51,145 nucleotides of DNA from Gemmatimonadales bacterium (lineage in GTDB: Bacteria; Gemmatimonadota; Gemmatimonadetes; Gemmatimonadales; GWC2-71-9), in NCBI GenBank assembly GCA_041613315.1, contig JBFJHJ010000023.1, positions 1 through 51,145 of the forward strand, given 5' to 3'. The notes below the pieces were generated by a model, which made no database searches, was not told the DNA's origin, and saw nothing but the letters and a program-made list of their open reading frames with translations. Shown here piece by piece: positions 50,435-51,145 of the stretch. The position numbers and the translations under genes are program-made. Each line of letters begins with the position of its first letter. Position 1 is the stretch's first letter.

Positions 50435-50752
50435 TCATGCGCCGCGCGCGCTTTCGATCTGAAACAGACCTTCCAATTTGGTCAGCGTGAGGAGGGCACG
50501 GAGCTCGGGACTCACGCCCCGCAGCCGCACGGCTTGCCGACGCTGGACCGCGTGCCGTTGCACCAGCACCAGCGCGCCGAGACCCGCGCTGTCCACGCTG
50601 CGGGTGGCCCCGAGATCGATCACCAGGCTCACCGAGCCTTCCGGGGCGGCATCGATCAGGGCGTCCGCGGCGCGGCGGAACCCACGGCGGGTCTCGAGCC
50701 CCAGGTGCTCGGGGGCCACGAGCACGTTCTTCTCCACGTGGCGGTCGGGCAC
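50435..50752 (-). CDS. STAS-domain anti-sigma-factor antagonist
   Basis: VIDLG...VDSAGLGALV phospho-Ser motif, LLTLTKLE.LF. GGAGG RBS. Confidence 0.88.
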   Translation of the reverse strand: MPDRHVEKNVLVAPEHLGLETRRGFRRAADALIDAAPEGSVSLVIDLGATRSVDSAGLGALVLVQRHAVQRRQAVRLRGVSPELRALLTLTKLEGLFQIESARGA

Positions 50753-51028
50753 GCGACAGTCGCCTCCCGATAGGGGCGATCAGCACTCAGTGCCCCCGAT
50801 GAAGCAAGACTCGGTACCTTGCCTCCAAGATGCTGGCCGAGAAGGCGTTGGCGCTACCGGTGTGACCGCCGTCACGGGTCGCCGCCTGGCACTCCGCCTC
50901 CCGCCGCCGTGTCCTGCAAGAGGGCAACCGCCGGACCCTCCGACACTTGACTCACCCGGACCCCGGAGCGATATGCTACACCTCGCCGCCCGACTGCTCA
51001 GCACACCCCACAGGCAACGGTAATCGCG

Positions 51029-51145
51029 ATGGCCGAACAACTCGCCACCCTGCTCAAGGAACAACGGACGTTCGATCCGCCACCGGCGTTCAAGCGCGCC
51101 GCCAACGCCAAGACCAGGCGCATCTACACGGAGGCCGAAAAGCAA
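51029..51145 (+). CDS. acs: Acetyl-CoA synthetase, 5' fragment
   Basis: MAEQLATLLKEQRTFDPPPAFKRAANAKTRRIYTEAEKQ resembles the Acs N-terminus (LL.E.R.F.PP..F...AN....Y..A). Truncated by the window edge. Confidence 0.7.
   Translation, partial: MAEQLATLLKEQRTFDPPPAFKRAANAKTRRIYTEAEKQ

Noticed and set aside
50803..50819. Sigma54-like GGTACCGAGTCTTGC upstream of the STAS gene
   Set aside because: Spacing is 11 nt, and sigma54 spacing is strict.
50947..50977. TTGACT...TATGCT promoter for acs
   Set aside because: The spacer is 19 nt. Plausible but too uncertain to list as a feature.

Overview
High-GC (roughly 70%) bacterial chromosomal window, most likely Gemmatimonadota. This assignment is an inference from the pilin C-termini, the SprA-like and Oar-like outer-membrane proteins and the FCB-type gene content. 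Positions 1-32.5 kb form a minus-strand type IV pilus superlocus. In transcription order it runs: SprA-like (T9SS translocon-type) protein, glutaminyl-cyclase-like M28 lipoprotein, comEA, pilB-pilT-pilC, an interposed housekeeping block (cold-shock protein, DUF4112, cyclophilin, iodotyrosine-deiodinase-like nitroreductase, carbonic anhydrase), pilS-pilR, a five-gene modification cassette, three tandem pilins behind a consensus sigma54 promoter, a second sigma54 two-component system and a partial minor pilin. The cassette encodes a membrane-fused spermidine-synthase-like protein, a SAM methyltransferase, a DPM1-like GT2, a TMTC-like GT-C/TPR protein and an ArnT/PMT-like GT-C. The right part holds lptFG, an Oar-type TonB-dependent receptor, an NhaC-family transporter, ctaA, an M24 peptidase, a V4R protein, an ECF sigma/ZAS anti-sigma cluster with DUF92, a lipoprotein and an aquaporin, then STAS-receiver-ccmABCD-hemC-hemB and the start of acs. 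No rRNA, tRNA, CRISPR array or mobile element was recognised. The best candidates for an undescribed system are (i) a TMTC-type, lipid-linked pilin glycosylation/methylation pathway and (ii) a SprA-like translocon plus glutaminyl cyclase co-oriented with the pilus motor genes. All calls come from motif reading only, and no database search was run.
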